Origin: a virus
Taxonomy: Duplodnaviria; Caudoviricetes
Virus record (IMG/VR): IMGVR_UViG_3300034170_000057
Direction: 5' to 3' (one strand)
Length of the DNA: 64,000 nt
A program made the translations under genes and the position numbers. Each line of letters begins with the position of its first letter. Within the stretch, counting starts at the first letter, position 1. Below the pieces are notes generated by a model. The model made no database searches. It had not been told where the DNA came from and was given only the letters and a program-made list of their open reading frames with translations. Below are positions 17,431 to 26,560 of this stretch, piece by piece.

Positions 17431-19538
17431 CAGTCTTCAAGCCCCAGCAATTTGCGACGGTTAACCGCGTCTTCAGAAACCACGGCGCGGAACCACTGCT
17501 CATCAGCGGCAGACGCGAATGGGTTGATGCGAATCAATTTGCGGTATTTTGGATCGAAGGCAATCGGGCCGATATATTCCGGGCCAACTTCCCCCCAACC
17601 TTTGATACGCACAATGTCCTGATCCTTGATGGATTTTGGCGCCTTGTCGCGACACTCTTTGTGGGTCATACCACCGTAAAGCGCACCTTTGGAATCCAGC
17701 GCAGCGTAGAGCGGCGCCTGTACGCAGAACACGCGACCTTCTTTGAAAAGATCCGGAAGCAAACGATAAATCACGGCCAGATAAAGAACCGCGATGTGGC
17801 CGCCGTCCGGGTCCGGGTCAACCAGCAACAGGATGGATTTGACGCGCAGTTTTTCGGTGCTGAGTTTCGGACGTTCTGCTTTAGGATCGAGCGATTTCAA
17901 ATCGACGCCGATAGCAATCAGGAATGCCGAAATATCTTTGTGCGTGATGATTTTCGCAATCGGAGCTTTCAGGGCGTTAAGTGGTTTACCACCGGCTGCC
18001 AGAACTTCCTGATAATAAACTTCGCGAGCGTCAACCGATGGGCCTTTTGCAGAATCCCCTTCCACCACAAACAATTCACGTTCCCACGCTTTGCAGTGCG
18101 GGCTTTGTGCGAGTTTGATCGGCAGTGTTCCCTTGCCCTGCTTTTTCACGTCAGCCATGGAGCGCACGACAGCAGCCAATTCTTCACGGCCCTTGTTCAT
18201 GATTTGGGCGCGCTTGATAATGTCCTTCGCGACCTTCGGGTTATCCGTGAAGTATTTGTCGAAAGCCGGGAACATAATGTCTTCGACTTCTTTGTCCACT
18301 TTCGAACTGAGTTTATCTTTTACCTGCGACGTGTAGGCGGCGCCGTGCATACGCCAGTCGAACATGCCCGTCAGGCCGATCAGCAGGTCGGAACCGGTGT
18401 AACCTTGCGTCTTGCCTTTTCCTTTCGCTGGTTTCTTTTCAGGCACGTGTTTTTTCACGGCCTTGGAAAGTGCAGCGGTGAAACCCGTTACGTGCCAGCC
18501 ACCGTCAACGGTTGGCGAAGTGTTCACGAATGTCAGGAAGTTATCGGCGTCAGTGTGATCAGACCAGACCAGCGCGCAGGTGATGTTGTCGCTTTTGAAA
18601 ATAAACGTCTTGCCTTGCGGTGTGAGGTCGCGCAGGTCGCACATGTTTTTCGGAACGAACGCCAAATCCTTTTTGTTCAGATAGAGTTCGTCTTTGCGCT
18701 TGCCCTTGCGAATTGTCGAGAAACGAATTTCCAGACCGGGGTTCAACATCGCAACGTTATTCAGCCACAATCCGACTTCAGTCGCGTTCGGTTCGGCTGC
18801 TTCAAAAGTCTTCGGAAGTTTACCGGCTTTCGCGTTGATCGAAACGACGGTCTGATCCAGTTCGATTGCGACAATCGTACCGTATTTTTTCGTCTTATCT
18901 TTCAGGTGGCCCAACACATCCTTATCCACCGCTTTCACGATGTACGGGTGCATGTCTTTTTTCGGCCCCGGAACAATTTCGCCTTTGCTGTACGTTTGTG
19001 TCGCCAGCTTGCCGTTATACGTTGTCCACACGCGCATGCGCTCGGACACGGCGTTAACTGCTGACATACCGATACCGTGAGTACCTGCCGAAGTTTTGTA
19101 GGCCTTGTCGTTGAATTTTGCGCCTGCGTGCGTTTTGGTATACGCGGCAGTCATGATCGAAATTTTCTCGCCAGATTTCAGCTTCATGAAATCGGTGGGA
19201 ATGCCGCCAGCTTGGTCGGCCACGATGTAGCAACCGGTGTCGTAATCCAAAATAACTTCGATTACTTTGTTGCGACCGGCAATGTGTTCGTCGTAGCAGT
19301 TATCCACGCCTTCTTTCAGGCAGCGATAGGCCATTGGTGCGCCTTGCTCGCCAAGGTACATGCTGGGTTTCGCACGGATACCCGCCAGCCCTTCGTGGAT
19401 CGTGAAGTCTTCCTGTGACGCTGATTTCTTTTTCTTGGTGGTTTTCTCCACACCTTCCGCGACTTTAGTTTTCTTCAACTTCTTGCCTTCGACGGCGGGG
19501 TCAGCCTTCGCCTTCGGTTTAACTTTCTTTTCAGCCAT
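17430..19538 (-). CDS. type IIA DNA topoisomerase subunit B (GyrB/ParE-like)
   Basis: GHKL motifs EGVDNCYDE, GGIP, HAGAKF, GTHGIGMSAVNA; Toprim VEGDSA and DPDPDG. Confidence 0.94.
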   Translation of the reverse strand: MAEKKVKPKAKADPAVEGKKLKKTKVAEGVEKTTKKKKSASQEDFTIHEGLAGIRAKPSMYLGEQGAPMAYRCLKEGVDNCYDEHIAGRNKVIEVILDYDTGCYIVADQAGGIPTDFMKLKSGEKISIMTAAYTKTHAGAKFNDKAYKTSAGTHGIGMSAVNAVSERMRVWTTYNGKLATQTYSKGEIVPGPKKDMHPYIVKAVDKDVLGHLKDKTKKYGTIVAIELDQTVVSINAKAGKLPKTFEAAEPNATEVGLWLNNVAMLNPGLEIRFSTIRKGKRKDELYLNKKDLAFVPKNMCDLRDLTPQGKTFIFKSDNITCALVWSDHTDADNFLTFVNTSPTVDGGWHVTGFTAALSKAVKKHVPEKKPAKGKGKTQGYTGSDLLIGLTGMFDWRMHGAAYTSQVKDKLSSKVDKEVEDIMFPAFDKYFTDNPKVAKDIIKRAQIMNKGREELAAVVRSMADVKKQGKGTLPIKLAQSPHCKAWERELFVVEGDSAKGPSVDAREVYYQEVLAAGGKPLNALKAPIAKIITHKDISAFLIAIGVDLKSLDPKAERPKLSTEKLRVKSILLLVDPDPDGGHIAVLYLAVIYRLLPDLFKEGRVFCVQAPLYAALDSKGALYGGMTHKECRDKAPKSIKDQDIVRIKGWGEVGPEYIGPIAFDPKYRKLIRINPFASAADEQWFRAVVSEDAVNRRKLLGLED

Positions 19539-19550
19539 TGCGGTTGATAC

Positions 19551-19850
19551 CTAATTGAGGAATTCTTCTTCTGTTGCGGTAATCACGATTTGCATTTCAG
19601 TCAGCCACTCGACGCTGAAATCTTTCCATTCGTGATAACCACGTGAAAATTTGTAGTGATCGTATGCAGAGCGAGGCATGCTGTTATGCAGGCTCGCACG
19701 GTCGGGCACAGTGTAAGGAGCATCACTGCCCAGCTTTTCAAATTCTTCACGGGATAGCGGCGCAATTTTGAATTCACGACCGCACGGCGACTTCAATAGC
19801 GTCCGCATAATGGGCATCCACTTTGAGACAGATTTCGGCCAGCTGCTCAC
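19551..19850 (-). CDS. hypothetical protein
   Basis: 99-aa ORF; start uncertain. Confidence 0.55.
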   Translation of the reverse strand: MSSWPKSVSKWMPIMRTLLKSPCGREFKIAPLSREEFEKLGSDAPYTVPDRASLHNSMPRSAYDHYKFSRGYHEWKDFSVEWLTEMQIVITATEEEFLN

Positions 19851-20211
19851 GGGTCAGGATTGGACCGGACGGTGCGCGCTTGCCCCACTTTTTCGTTTTG
19901 TGGTTATAGCCGATGGCTGCGTAGAAATCCCACAACGAAGAATGATAAAAATGAGGATCGTTGCGCCAGCTGTACACGTGGTCCGGATGCTGTTGGCGCA
20001 TGGATTCCATACGATTCGTGAATATCAGGTTTTCGAACAGCACAGAAGTATCAGCAGGAAATTCCCGATGGTGAAACCATCCGATACTGGTCAGCGCTGT
20101 ATAATTGCTGCGCCTTGGATCGGCGTCGAGTGTGAAATGATGCACTTCAACTTTATTGCCGCTGAAATACAAAGCCTCATACCACGTAAAACCAACCTTG
20201 CCGCGCCTCAC
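19774..20211 (-). CDS. hypothetical protein
   Basis: 145-aa ORF; ATGA overlap. Confidence 0.6.
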   Translation of the reverse strand: MRRGKVGFTWYEALYFSGNKVEVHHFTLDADPRRSNYTALTSIGWFHHREFPADTSVLFENLIFTNRMESMRQQHPDHVYSWRNDPHFYHSSLWDFYAAIGYNHKTKKWGKRAPSGPILTREQLAEICLKVDAHYADAIEVAVRS

Positions 20212-20582
20212 GCTGATTTCGCCTTTTTCTTTTTGCGGGCCGCTGCATCACGCTTGCGCTTGTCACGTGCAGCGATGTGGCAACGCAACCGGGCGCGGGC
20301 TTCGTTTAGCATGCCGGTGTATTCTTTGTAATTACCATCGGCAACTACGAATTCTTTTGTGCCGTCTGCCAGCGCTTCGAAAAGCAGTGCGTCACCGCTT
20401 GCATCCTTCACGCAAACCAGCCAACGCGAACCGTGCAGCTCGACTACGTTGTGGTGCTGGTGATGAAAGCCCGTTACGGTTTTGCCCGTGTCGAGTTTGA
20501 ATTCTGCTACGGTATTCTGGAATTTCCGGCGTGTGTGGTTGTTGCCCAGCAGGTCGTCACCGCTAATCAAATCAGCCAGCAT
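20208..20582 (-). CDS. hypothetical protein
   Basis: 124-aa ORF with basic C-terminus. Confidence 0.65.
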   Translation of the reverse strand: MLADLISGDDLLGNNHTRRKFQNTVAEFKLDTGKTVTGFHHQHHNVVELHGSRWLVCVKDASGDALLFEALADGTKEFVVADGNYKEYTGMLNEARARLRCHIAARDKRKRDAAARKKKKAKSA

Positions 20583-21096
20583 AAATAATCCCCTTGCCTA
20601 CTTCATAATCGAAATTGAGATATTCCATCCACTGGTCGAAATAACGCAGCAACTGGTCAGAGCGTGCGTGCTGGCCGTGATGGTAAAGCATGAAATCTTT
20701 TTTGTTCTGCACCTTGTCAGCGGTCAGCATAAAACGCATGTCTTCAAAAAGAACCCCGACCGCGTTGTGAATGTCTTCCTGCGTCCAATCGTCGGTTGAC
20801 GGTTTACACAGGTAGGCGTTCGCACGCTGGCGGTATTCAATCGCCGTCGTTAATGCTGCACTACCCGCAGTCAGATATGCGTGCGCACAAAGGCTTTCAA
20901 TGTTCGCTTTATAATCTGCGTCGGCTTGCAGCATCGGATGCAAACAGAAAGCGCCTTTGATGTAATCAGCTGCGCCTAACCAATCGAGAATTTTCAAACC
21001 TTCGTCGATATGCTGGATCAATGGGAGCCCGCTGCGTTCGGCACAGCGTTTGCCGTAGAACCCTTTTATCAAATTGTATTCAGCTTGATAGGACAT
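20572..21096 (-). CDS. HD-superfamily-like protein (Mesh1/SpoT-HD-like scaffold, degenerate)
   Basis: PLIQHIDEGLKIL ... AFCLHPMLQAD ... ADKVQN. Confidence 0.45.
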   Translation of the reverse strand: MSYQAEYNLIKGFYGKRCAERSGLPLIQHIDEGLKILDWLGAADYIKGAFCLHPMLQADADYKANIESLCAHAYLTAGSAALTTAIEYRQRANAYLCKPSTDDWTQEDIHNAVGVLFEDMRFMLTADKVQNKKDFMLYHHGQHARSDQLLRYFDQWMEYLNFDYEVGKGIIYAG

Positions 21097-21129
21097 GTGC
21101 GCACCGTGTACGTGTAGGTATATGCCCTA

Positions 21130-21139
21130 TATTTACAGT
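21130..21139 (-). promoter_or_regulatory. ACTGTAAATA motif
   Basis: Exact copy just downstream of a terminator and 34 nt before ATG 21096. Confidence 0.7.
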
Positions 21140-21153
21140 TTTACCCACAAACG

Positions 21154-21187
21154 AAAAAGCCGCGAACAGGGAATCCCATTCACGGCT
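21154..21187 (-). terminator. intrinsic terminator
   Basis: AGCCGTGAA ... TTCGCGGCT then TTTT on the minus strand. Confidence 0.7.
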
Positions 21188-21194
21188 ATTTCAT

Positions 21195-21878
21195 TTAACG
21201 ATTGCGGAGTTTCACATCAGGGTAAGGCATAGCAGAATGCCCAATGGAAGCGGCGGTCGCCACCAAGGTATTCCCGTTGTCTTTATCCAGCTTTTTGTTT
21301 CCGTTGGATTTATTGTTTGGATCATCCTTGCTCAAAGGACGGGCCTTCGCGGCTTCGGTTTCTTTCTTTTCGTCCAGTTCCTTTTGTACTTCAGGATCGA
21401 CCACGGTTTCGTTGGTTTCAGCTGGAATCAAATCGGAGTCTTTGCGATTCGATTGTGCTTCCGGGTACGGGAGTTTCGAAGCGGCGGTGGCCTCTTCGTC
21501 GCCTTCGTCTTCCTCTTCGGTATCGTCGGAATCATCGCCCGCGTCGGAATCGTCTTCCTCTTCGTCGCCCTCAGAATCCGAATCGTCTTCCTCTTCAGAA
21601 TCATCCTCGGAATCGGAATCATCGCCCGATTTATCGCCTGCGTCTTCGCCACTTTCTTTCGGAGTTTGCGGAGCTTTGGCAGCGTCTTTCTTTTGTTTCT
21701 CGGCAGCTTTTTTCCGATCCTCTTCGGCCTGCACTTCCTGTCGCGCTTGCTCTTCCTTGTCGCGCTCGGCCAGTTCTTCGTCAGAGTATTGCATCTGTTC
21801 GGCTGCGCCCATATCCGGCGCGCTGTAGGTGCTGGCGGTGGCCTTCACTTTCGGTTTCAAGCTAATGGAAATTTTCAT
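21195..21878 (-). CDS. acidic D/E/S-rich disordered protein
   Basis: 227 aa with SDSEDDSEEEDDSDSEGDEEEDD tract. Confidence 0.75.
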   Translation of the reverse strand: MKISISLKPKVKATASTYSAPDMGAAEQMQYSDEELAERDKEEQARQEVQAEEDRKKAAEKQKKDAAKAPQTPKESGEDAGDKSGDDSDSEDDSEEEDDSDSEGDEEEDDSDAGDDSDDTEEEDEGDEEATAASKLPYPEAQSNRKDSDLIPAETNETVVDPEVQKELDEKKETEAAKARPLSKDDPNNKSNGNKKLDKDNGNTLVATAASIGHSAMPYPDVKLRNR

Positions 21879-23038
21879 TTCTTAGACAACCTCAAAGGTT
21901 TCGTAGTCTTGGTCTTTTTCGCCTTAGCCGACGGCAGTTTGAGGTCGGTGGACGTGCTGGATTTCTTTTTCAGTTTCTTCGGTTTGTCACAGAGTTTTTT
22001 CAGCACGTCCAACACCTCTTCTTCAACATAGTTTTCCATGTTGTTGGTGATGTTGAGTACCTTGATCAGCTGTTCCGGTTGCAGCGCATGCAGCATGTTA
22101 TCTTTCAGGTCGTTTTTACTGAAACAAACCTTTTCCATCGGGCACGGCTCATACGCGGGCATCAGGCGAGCGTAATCGTCTGGCGCTTTGCACGGTTTGC
22201 ACTTGATCGCAATTTCCGGTTTGTTCTGGATGAAACTATTCACAGCAGAGCGGTAGATTTTCTTCTGCTGTATGATCAGAGCTTTCGTTTCGTTGCGACG
22301 TCGCTCGCCCCAGCGTTCGGCTTTCTCTTTGAACTCATACGGATTGTCGCGGCTCAGGTACAACAATGAGAATCCGGAGATTTTCATTTTGTATTTCTTT
22401 TCCAGTACGTAGCAGTACGTCGGAACCTGCATCAAGTGTTCACGCTTTGGAAGTTTATTCCCGCTCATCAGACCTTTGGTGGTCGTCTTGTAATCGAGAA
22501 CCCAGTACGTGCCATCGGGCATTTCATAAATGCAGTCGATGTGCCCTTTCAGGCCGAAGTAATCAATGCACTTTTCCACATACTCACAAGCAATGCCGCA
22601 ATCCGGGCACAGGTTGTTCGTGGTGTTTTGCGTTGTCAGTTTTCCCTTGCGATACATCACGCCTTTTTCGTCGTAAAGATCGCGGGCGTCGTGGTGCTTC
22701 TGACACTTGTTGTTTCGGCATTTCCAATCACCGAAAACTTTCCGTGTCTGGCCCATGTAATACTGAATGTTTTCGTGCGCAGCGGTTCCGACAGTTGTGA
22801 AATAACCACCGCCTGCCGCCATGTTCGATTGATAGAACCCTTTTTCTGCCGCCTGCAAAAATTGCATGTGAACCAGAATAGGGCAGATTGGAAAGGAAGA
22901 CGGTCGGTATTCAGGTCCACGTCCGTTCGGCGTGATAATGGTGCTATCCATTACCTTCGCATAGACTTCACCTAAGTGCGATTCGATATGCACTAACCGC
23001 CGATCCTTCTTGATACGGCTTGCTATATCCTTAAACAC
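21875..23038 (-). CDS. Cas4/AddB-like PD-(D/E)xK exonuclease
   Basis: RPSSFPICP, GTAAHE, GHIDC..VLDYKT, QVPTY, C-terminal Cys cluster. Confidence 0.8.
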   Translation of the reverse strand: MFKDIASRIKKDRRLVHIESHLGEVYAKVMDSTIITPNGRGPEYRPSSFPICPILVHMQFLQAAEKGFYQSNMAAGGGYFTTVGTAAHENIQYYMGQTRKVFGDWKCRNNKCQKHHDARDLYDEKGVMYRKGKLTTQNTTNNLCPDCGIACEYVEKCIDYFGLKGHIDCIYEMPDGTYWVLDYKTTTKGLMSGNKLPKREHLMQVPTYCYVLEKKYKMKISGFSLLYLSRDNPYEFKEKAERWGERRRNETKALIIQQKKIYRSAVNSFIQNKPEIAIKCKPCKAPDDYARLMPAYEPCPMEKVCFSKNDLKDNMLHALQPEQLIKVLNITNNMENYVEEEVLDVLKKLCDKPKKLKKKSSTSTDLKLPSAKAKKTKTTKPLRLSKK

Positions 23039-23095
23039 AGGCGCCCCAGTAACTGTAAATGATACTATTAAATTGGTATTCTTGAGGTCGTTTAA

Positions 23096-24238
23096 ATGAA
23101 ACTCGATGATGCTTATACGGTCATCATGGCTGAACTAGAAAAAGTACAAGGCCCGACCAGATACAAAGCGACCACGTTCGAAATCGTTTGCCCGTTCCAC
23201 GAAGACAGCAATCCATCGCTCGGCATTAACATCAGCCTCGAAGCTAAGGTGCCCGTAGGAACGTTTAACTGCTGGTCGTGCCAAACGTCAGGGCCTTGGA
23301 ATAAACTCGCTGAAAAACTGGGCCTACAACAAATCAAGCAATGGCAGTTCTTTGAAGGTACAACTGCTGGCGACCGTGCAAGATTCAATCGGAAAAAGAA
23401 AGAAAGAGAAAATACGAATAACCGTTCCATCGGGAGACTCTACGAAGAATTGGGCGGCTCGGTAATTCCGTGGCCCAAGGAAAAGGAATGGCGTGGCTAT
23501 CCCGGCACAATGATTGAACGCGTTAATGGTCATATGTTTAGTGAGGATACGCGGGACGATGTGATGCTTGCCCTACCTATTTACATTAATGGGCGGTATA
23601 AGGGCGGCGTGAAAGCGTTGATGGAAAAACAGGAAACCGGATTGTCCTATATCAACACCAAAGGTGACTGGGTAATGGACTACGGTTTGCTCGGTTACGA
23701 TTTTATTCGCAAGCATGATTTGTTCGGATGCAAATGTGTGGTGCTGTGTGAAGGCCCGCGTGACTGGCTGCGTCTGGTGCTAAATAAAATCCCGGCCTGT
23801 GCAATCCTCGGTGCCAAGATGTTTGGCCCACGTAAATTGATGCTGCTGCAAGGCCTCGGCATTGAAAAGGTCTACACGCTCACGGACAACGACAAAGCCG
23901 GTCGGGAAATGGCACGGCTAGTCGAACGCTGGTGCGATGGGCACTTAGATTTCGAAGAACTGAAATTGCCGTGCAAGTATGACAAAGACGACAAGCTAAT
24001 TAAACTCGACCCGGACGCCGCACCTCAGAACATTATCGAGAAGGTGAAGACAATCGTTTACGAGTACGGGCAAGATAGTACGCCCAAGAAGAAAAAAGCG
24101 AAGGCTGCTGTAGAGGCACCGAAAAAGAAAAAGGCTATCGAGAAAACCACACAGGAATTCCCGAAGTTATCCATAGAAAAGAAACCGAAGAGGATCACAA
24201 AAAGTGTCGAACCAACCAAACGAAAAGTACGCGGATAG
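23096..24238 (+). CDS. DnaG-type DNA primase (zinc-binding plus Toprim)
   Basis: CPFHEDSNPSL..FNCWSC; VLCEGPRD; TDNDKAG; near-motif ACTGTAAATG at 23052. Confidence 0.87.
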   Translation: MKLDDAYTVIMAELEKVQGPTRYKATTFEIVCPFHEDSNPSLGINISLEAKVPVGTFNCWSCQTSGPWNKLAEKLGLQQIKQWQFFEGTTAGDRARFNRKKKERENTNNRSIGRLYEELGGSVIPWPKEKEWRGYPGTMIERVNGHMFSEDTRDDVMLALPIYINGRYKGGVKALMEKQETGLSYINTKGDWVMDYGLLGYDFIRKHDLFGCKCVVLCEGPRDWLRLVLNKIPACAILGAKMFGPRKLMLLQGLGIEKVYTLTDNDKAGREMARLVERWCDGHLDFEELKLPCKYDKDDKLIKLDPDAAPQNIIEKVKTIVYEYGQDSTPKKKKAKAAVEAPKKKKAIEKTTQEFPKLSIEKKPKRITKSVEPTKRKVRG

Positions 24239-24518
24239 CGATACGCTAGATGCACTGAATGCGCTCGGTAATGTCGAAGAAAAACTCGACAAAACACTGT
24301 ACGAGGAATTCGGCGTAGGTGAATGGGGCGCAGGTGTGCGGGGCCGCTGTGGTGGTCGTGTAACGCTGGTAAATGCGCTCATGTGGGCCAACGGTTACGA
24401 AAAGCGTATCAACGAAAAGGGCGAATTGCTGACGACTCTGCGCAAGGGCACGTGCAATTTGAAATTGAGCGTACAAACAATTGTCAAACGTGTGGCAGCT
24501 GCTGACTGGGGTGTGTAA
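24204..24518 (+). CDS. hypothetical protein
   Basis: 104-aa ORF containing LYEEFG; start uncertain. Confidence 0.55.
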   Translation: MSNQPNEKYADSDTLDALNALGNVEEKLDKTLYEEFGVGEWGAGVRGRCGGRVTLVNALMWANGYEKRINEKGELLTTLRKGTCNLKLSVQTIVKRVAAADWGV

Positions 24519-24814
24519 TGAGCGACAAAATGAAACTGGTCAGTACCGAAGTCAAAGCGCAGTTGGTCAAGGCCATGCAAAAACACACGGTCGTACAACG
24601 TAAGCTGTACGAAGAATTCGGCTACGGGCATGCGCCTGCACAGTTCATCGGTTTTCAGGAAGACGTGACAGAATCGCTGGCACTCGACATGATCCAATCC
24701 ATCCGTGACGGGCTGGTGCGTAATATCGAATTGATGGAGGCGCTGCGCAACGGAACAGTCACGGCGCAGGTGCTGAATATCTGCCAAGAAATCAGCGAGA
24801 TTAAAATCCCGTAA
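24518..24814 (+). CDS. hypothetical protein
   Basis: 98-aa ORF with TAATG overlap; contains LYEEFG. Confidence 0.7.
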   Translation: MSDKMKLVSTEVKAQLVKAMQKHTVVQRKLYEEFGYGHAPAQFIGFQEDVTESLALDMIQSIRDGLVRNIELMEALRNGTVTAQVLNICQEISEIKIP

Positions 24815-24832
24815 CAGACCTGCAAAAGAACC

Positions 24833-24862
24833 AAAAAAAAGGCCGCTCTCCATTTCGGATTG
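24833..24862. terminator. bidirectional intrinsic terminator
   Basis: A8-GGCCGC ... GCGGCC-T6 between convergent genes. Confidence 0.85.
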
Positions 24863-24893
24863 CGGCCTTTTTTATTGCCTGAAATCCGTAAAA

Positions 24894-25529
24894 TTACGGA
24901 ATCAGATCAGCGATGAATTGCTTCAGCGTCTGATCTTCGACGTTGTTGGCGATGTAGGTCAAGTCTTCGAAATTCAATTCGTCTTGACGCATGTTGATAT
25001 CGTCCATCAGGTCGGCCATGTCTTCGCCTTCCAGCAACGCACGGTTGACGATACCGGCCACGAACGGCGACGGCTGATAGGTTTCTTCGTTGTGGATCGG
25101 CGCCTGCTGCTGAATTTGCGGCACGATATCGGTGCGCATTTCCAACATTTCCGGAGTGTGGCCGGAATCGGAACCGGCGTTCATGGTCAGAACGCGCTGG
25201 ATTTCTTGCTTCGCTTTCGGGCTGGCCTGAATTGCCGCTTCGGCGTCGTCCGGGTGCGCGATGGCGATTTCGCCCAGTTGGCACAGCTGACGGAAATATT
25301 TGTTTTTCAGCAGATTGTCACGCGGTGCGAAAAGCGTCATGTCGATAGGCACGAAGGTTTTCGGAATCACGATGGATTGCAGGGTGCCGTCTTCGCCCAG
25401 CACGGTCAGGTTGATGTTACCTGCTGGTTTGGTACGGTTCACGACGTACAGCGAAATGTGATCCATTGCCAAGGCTTGGGTGATGGTCAGTGGACGCATC
25501 AGGGCTTTCGATTGTGGCTTAACGCTCAT
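24894..25529 (-). CDS. hypothetical protein
   Basis: 211-aa ORF with strong codon bias and GGAG RBS. Confidence 0.75.
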   Translation of the reverse strand: MSVKPQSKALMRPLTITQALAMDHISLYVVNRTKPAGNINLTVLGEDGTLQSIVIPKTFVPIDMTLFAPRDNLLKNKYFRQLCQLGEIAIAHPDDAEAAIQASPKAKQEIQRVLTMNAGSDSGHTPEMLEMRTDIVPQIQQQAPIHNEETYQPSPFVAGIVNRALLEGEDMADLMDDINMRQDELNFEDLTYIANNVEDQTLKQFIADLIP

Positions 25530-26065
25530 TGATTTGTATCTCCGTTGCTAGGGTAGGTTTGTTCTAGTTCCTTTTCGGATACGTCGAACAACAGGTGAAT
25601 TTTTGGACTGCCGTATTTCGACATATGCTCTTTGTCCAACAGCATCGGAATCATCCATGGTTCCAGTTTCAAATCTGGATCTTGAAACAAAGGATGTTCC
25701 GCAATTTTTTTGGTGACGGGTGTTTCTTCCGCGAAGTCGTCACTGTGGTAGCTGGCGGCATCCAGTGCTGCGTGGTACAGGGCCACGACGGCCCACACAC
25801 GTTCGCAAGAGGCTTTGCGGGCAATCAACACATCACGCTTTGACAGATGCGGCAATTTCAACAATCGCAATTCCACATCCGACAGACCTTTTGGCTGGTC
25901 TTTCTTTTTCTTTTTCTTTCCTTGTTCCTGATCGCCTTTCGTTGAGGCGAACACGGCGTCGAGGGCCATACAGCGACGTTGCGTTTGTTCCGTGTGATAT
26001 TTACAAGTGGTCACACGGCATTTCGTTTTAAACGCATAGTGGCTCAGCGGGCATTCGTTAACCAT
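25526..26065 (-). CDS. Cys-rich hypothetical protein with poly-Lys patch
   Basis: ATG 26065; ECP..KCRVTTCKYH..RRC, QGKKKKKKD. Confidence 0.65.
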   Translation of the reverse strand: MVNECPLSHYAFKTKCRVTTCKYHTEQTQRRCMALDAVFASTKGDQEQGKKKKKKDQPKGLSDVELRLLKLPHLSKRDVLIARKASCERVWAVVALYHAALDAASYHSDDFAEETPVTKKIAEHPLFQDPDLKLEPWMIPMLLDKEHMSKYGSPKIHLLFDVSEKELEQTYPSNGDTNQ

Positions 26066-26510
26066 TGATTTTTGGATATTCCGCGTCGTGCAGGAAGCAG
26101 CTGAAAACCAGACGGTGTACCAGCAGTTCACGTTCGCCGCCCGGCAAATTCGTATAGCTGGTATTGCTGCTGCGCATTTTGATATCGGTCAGGATGCGCT
26201 TTGCAACTACGCGGCCCGATTTCAATTCGCTGTACAACCAGATTTCTTTTGGCGGTTCGATCCGACCCAACACGAGGTCGTAAATGTATTGAACATTCAA
26301 CCCGCGTTCAGCAACACCGATTGCGATTTGGTGCGGACGGGTGCGGTCGTCTTCCTGCAAGCGGTCAACATCAAGGTGGACGTATTTCACGTTCTCGATA
26401 ACATTCGCAGGAAAAGCGTGTTTATCCGGATACGATCCGACGCTGAAACCAGCCCGAAACAGCTGGAAATCTACGCTCGCACAGATTGCGTTTGTTGGTT
26501 CAGTTTTCAT
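26058..26510 (-). CDS. hypothetical protein
   Basis: 150-aa ORF; TGTAAATA core 39 nt upstream (26549). Confidence 0.65.
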   Translation of the reverse strand: MKTEPTNAICASVDFQLFRAGFSVGSYPDKHAFPANVIENVKYVHLDVDRLQEDDRTRPHQIAIGVAERGLNVQYIYDLVLGRIEPPKEIWLYSELKSGRVVAKRILTDIKMRSSNTSYTNLPGGERELLVHRLVFSCFLHDAEYPKING

Positions 26511-26560
26511 TGCCCATTCCCTTTATTGGATATCAAATTCATACCCTGTATTTACATTAT

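Noticed and set aside
23578-23585. TGTAAATA core antisense within primase as a motif copy
   Set aside because: Lacks the AC prefix and follows from the codons for PIYI; not counted, although it points toward the leftward Cas4-like gene
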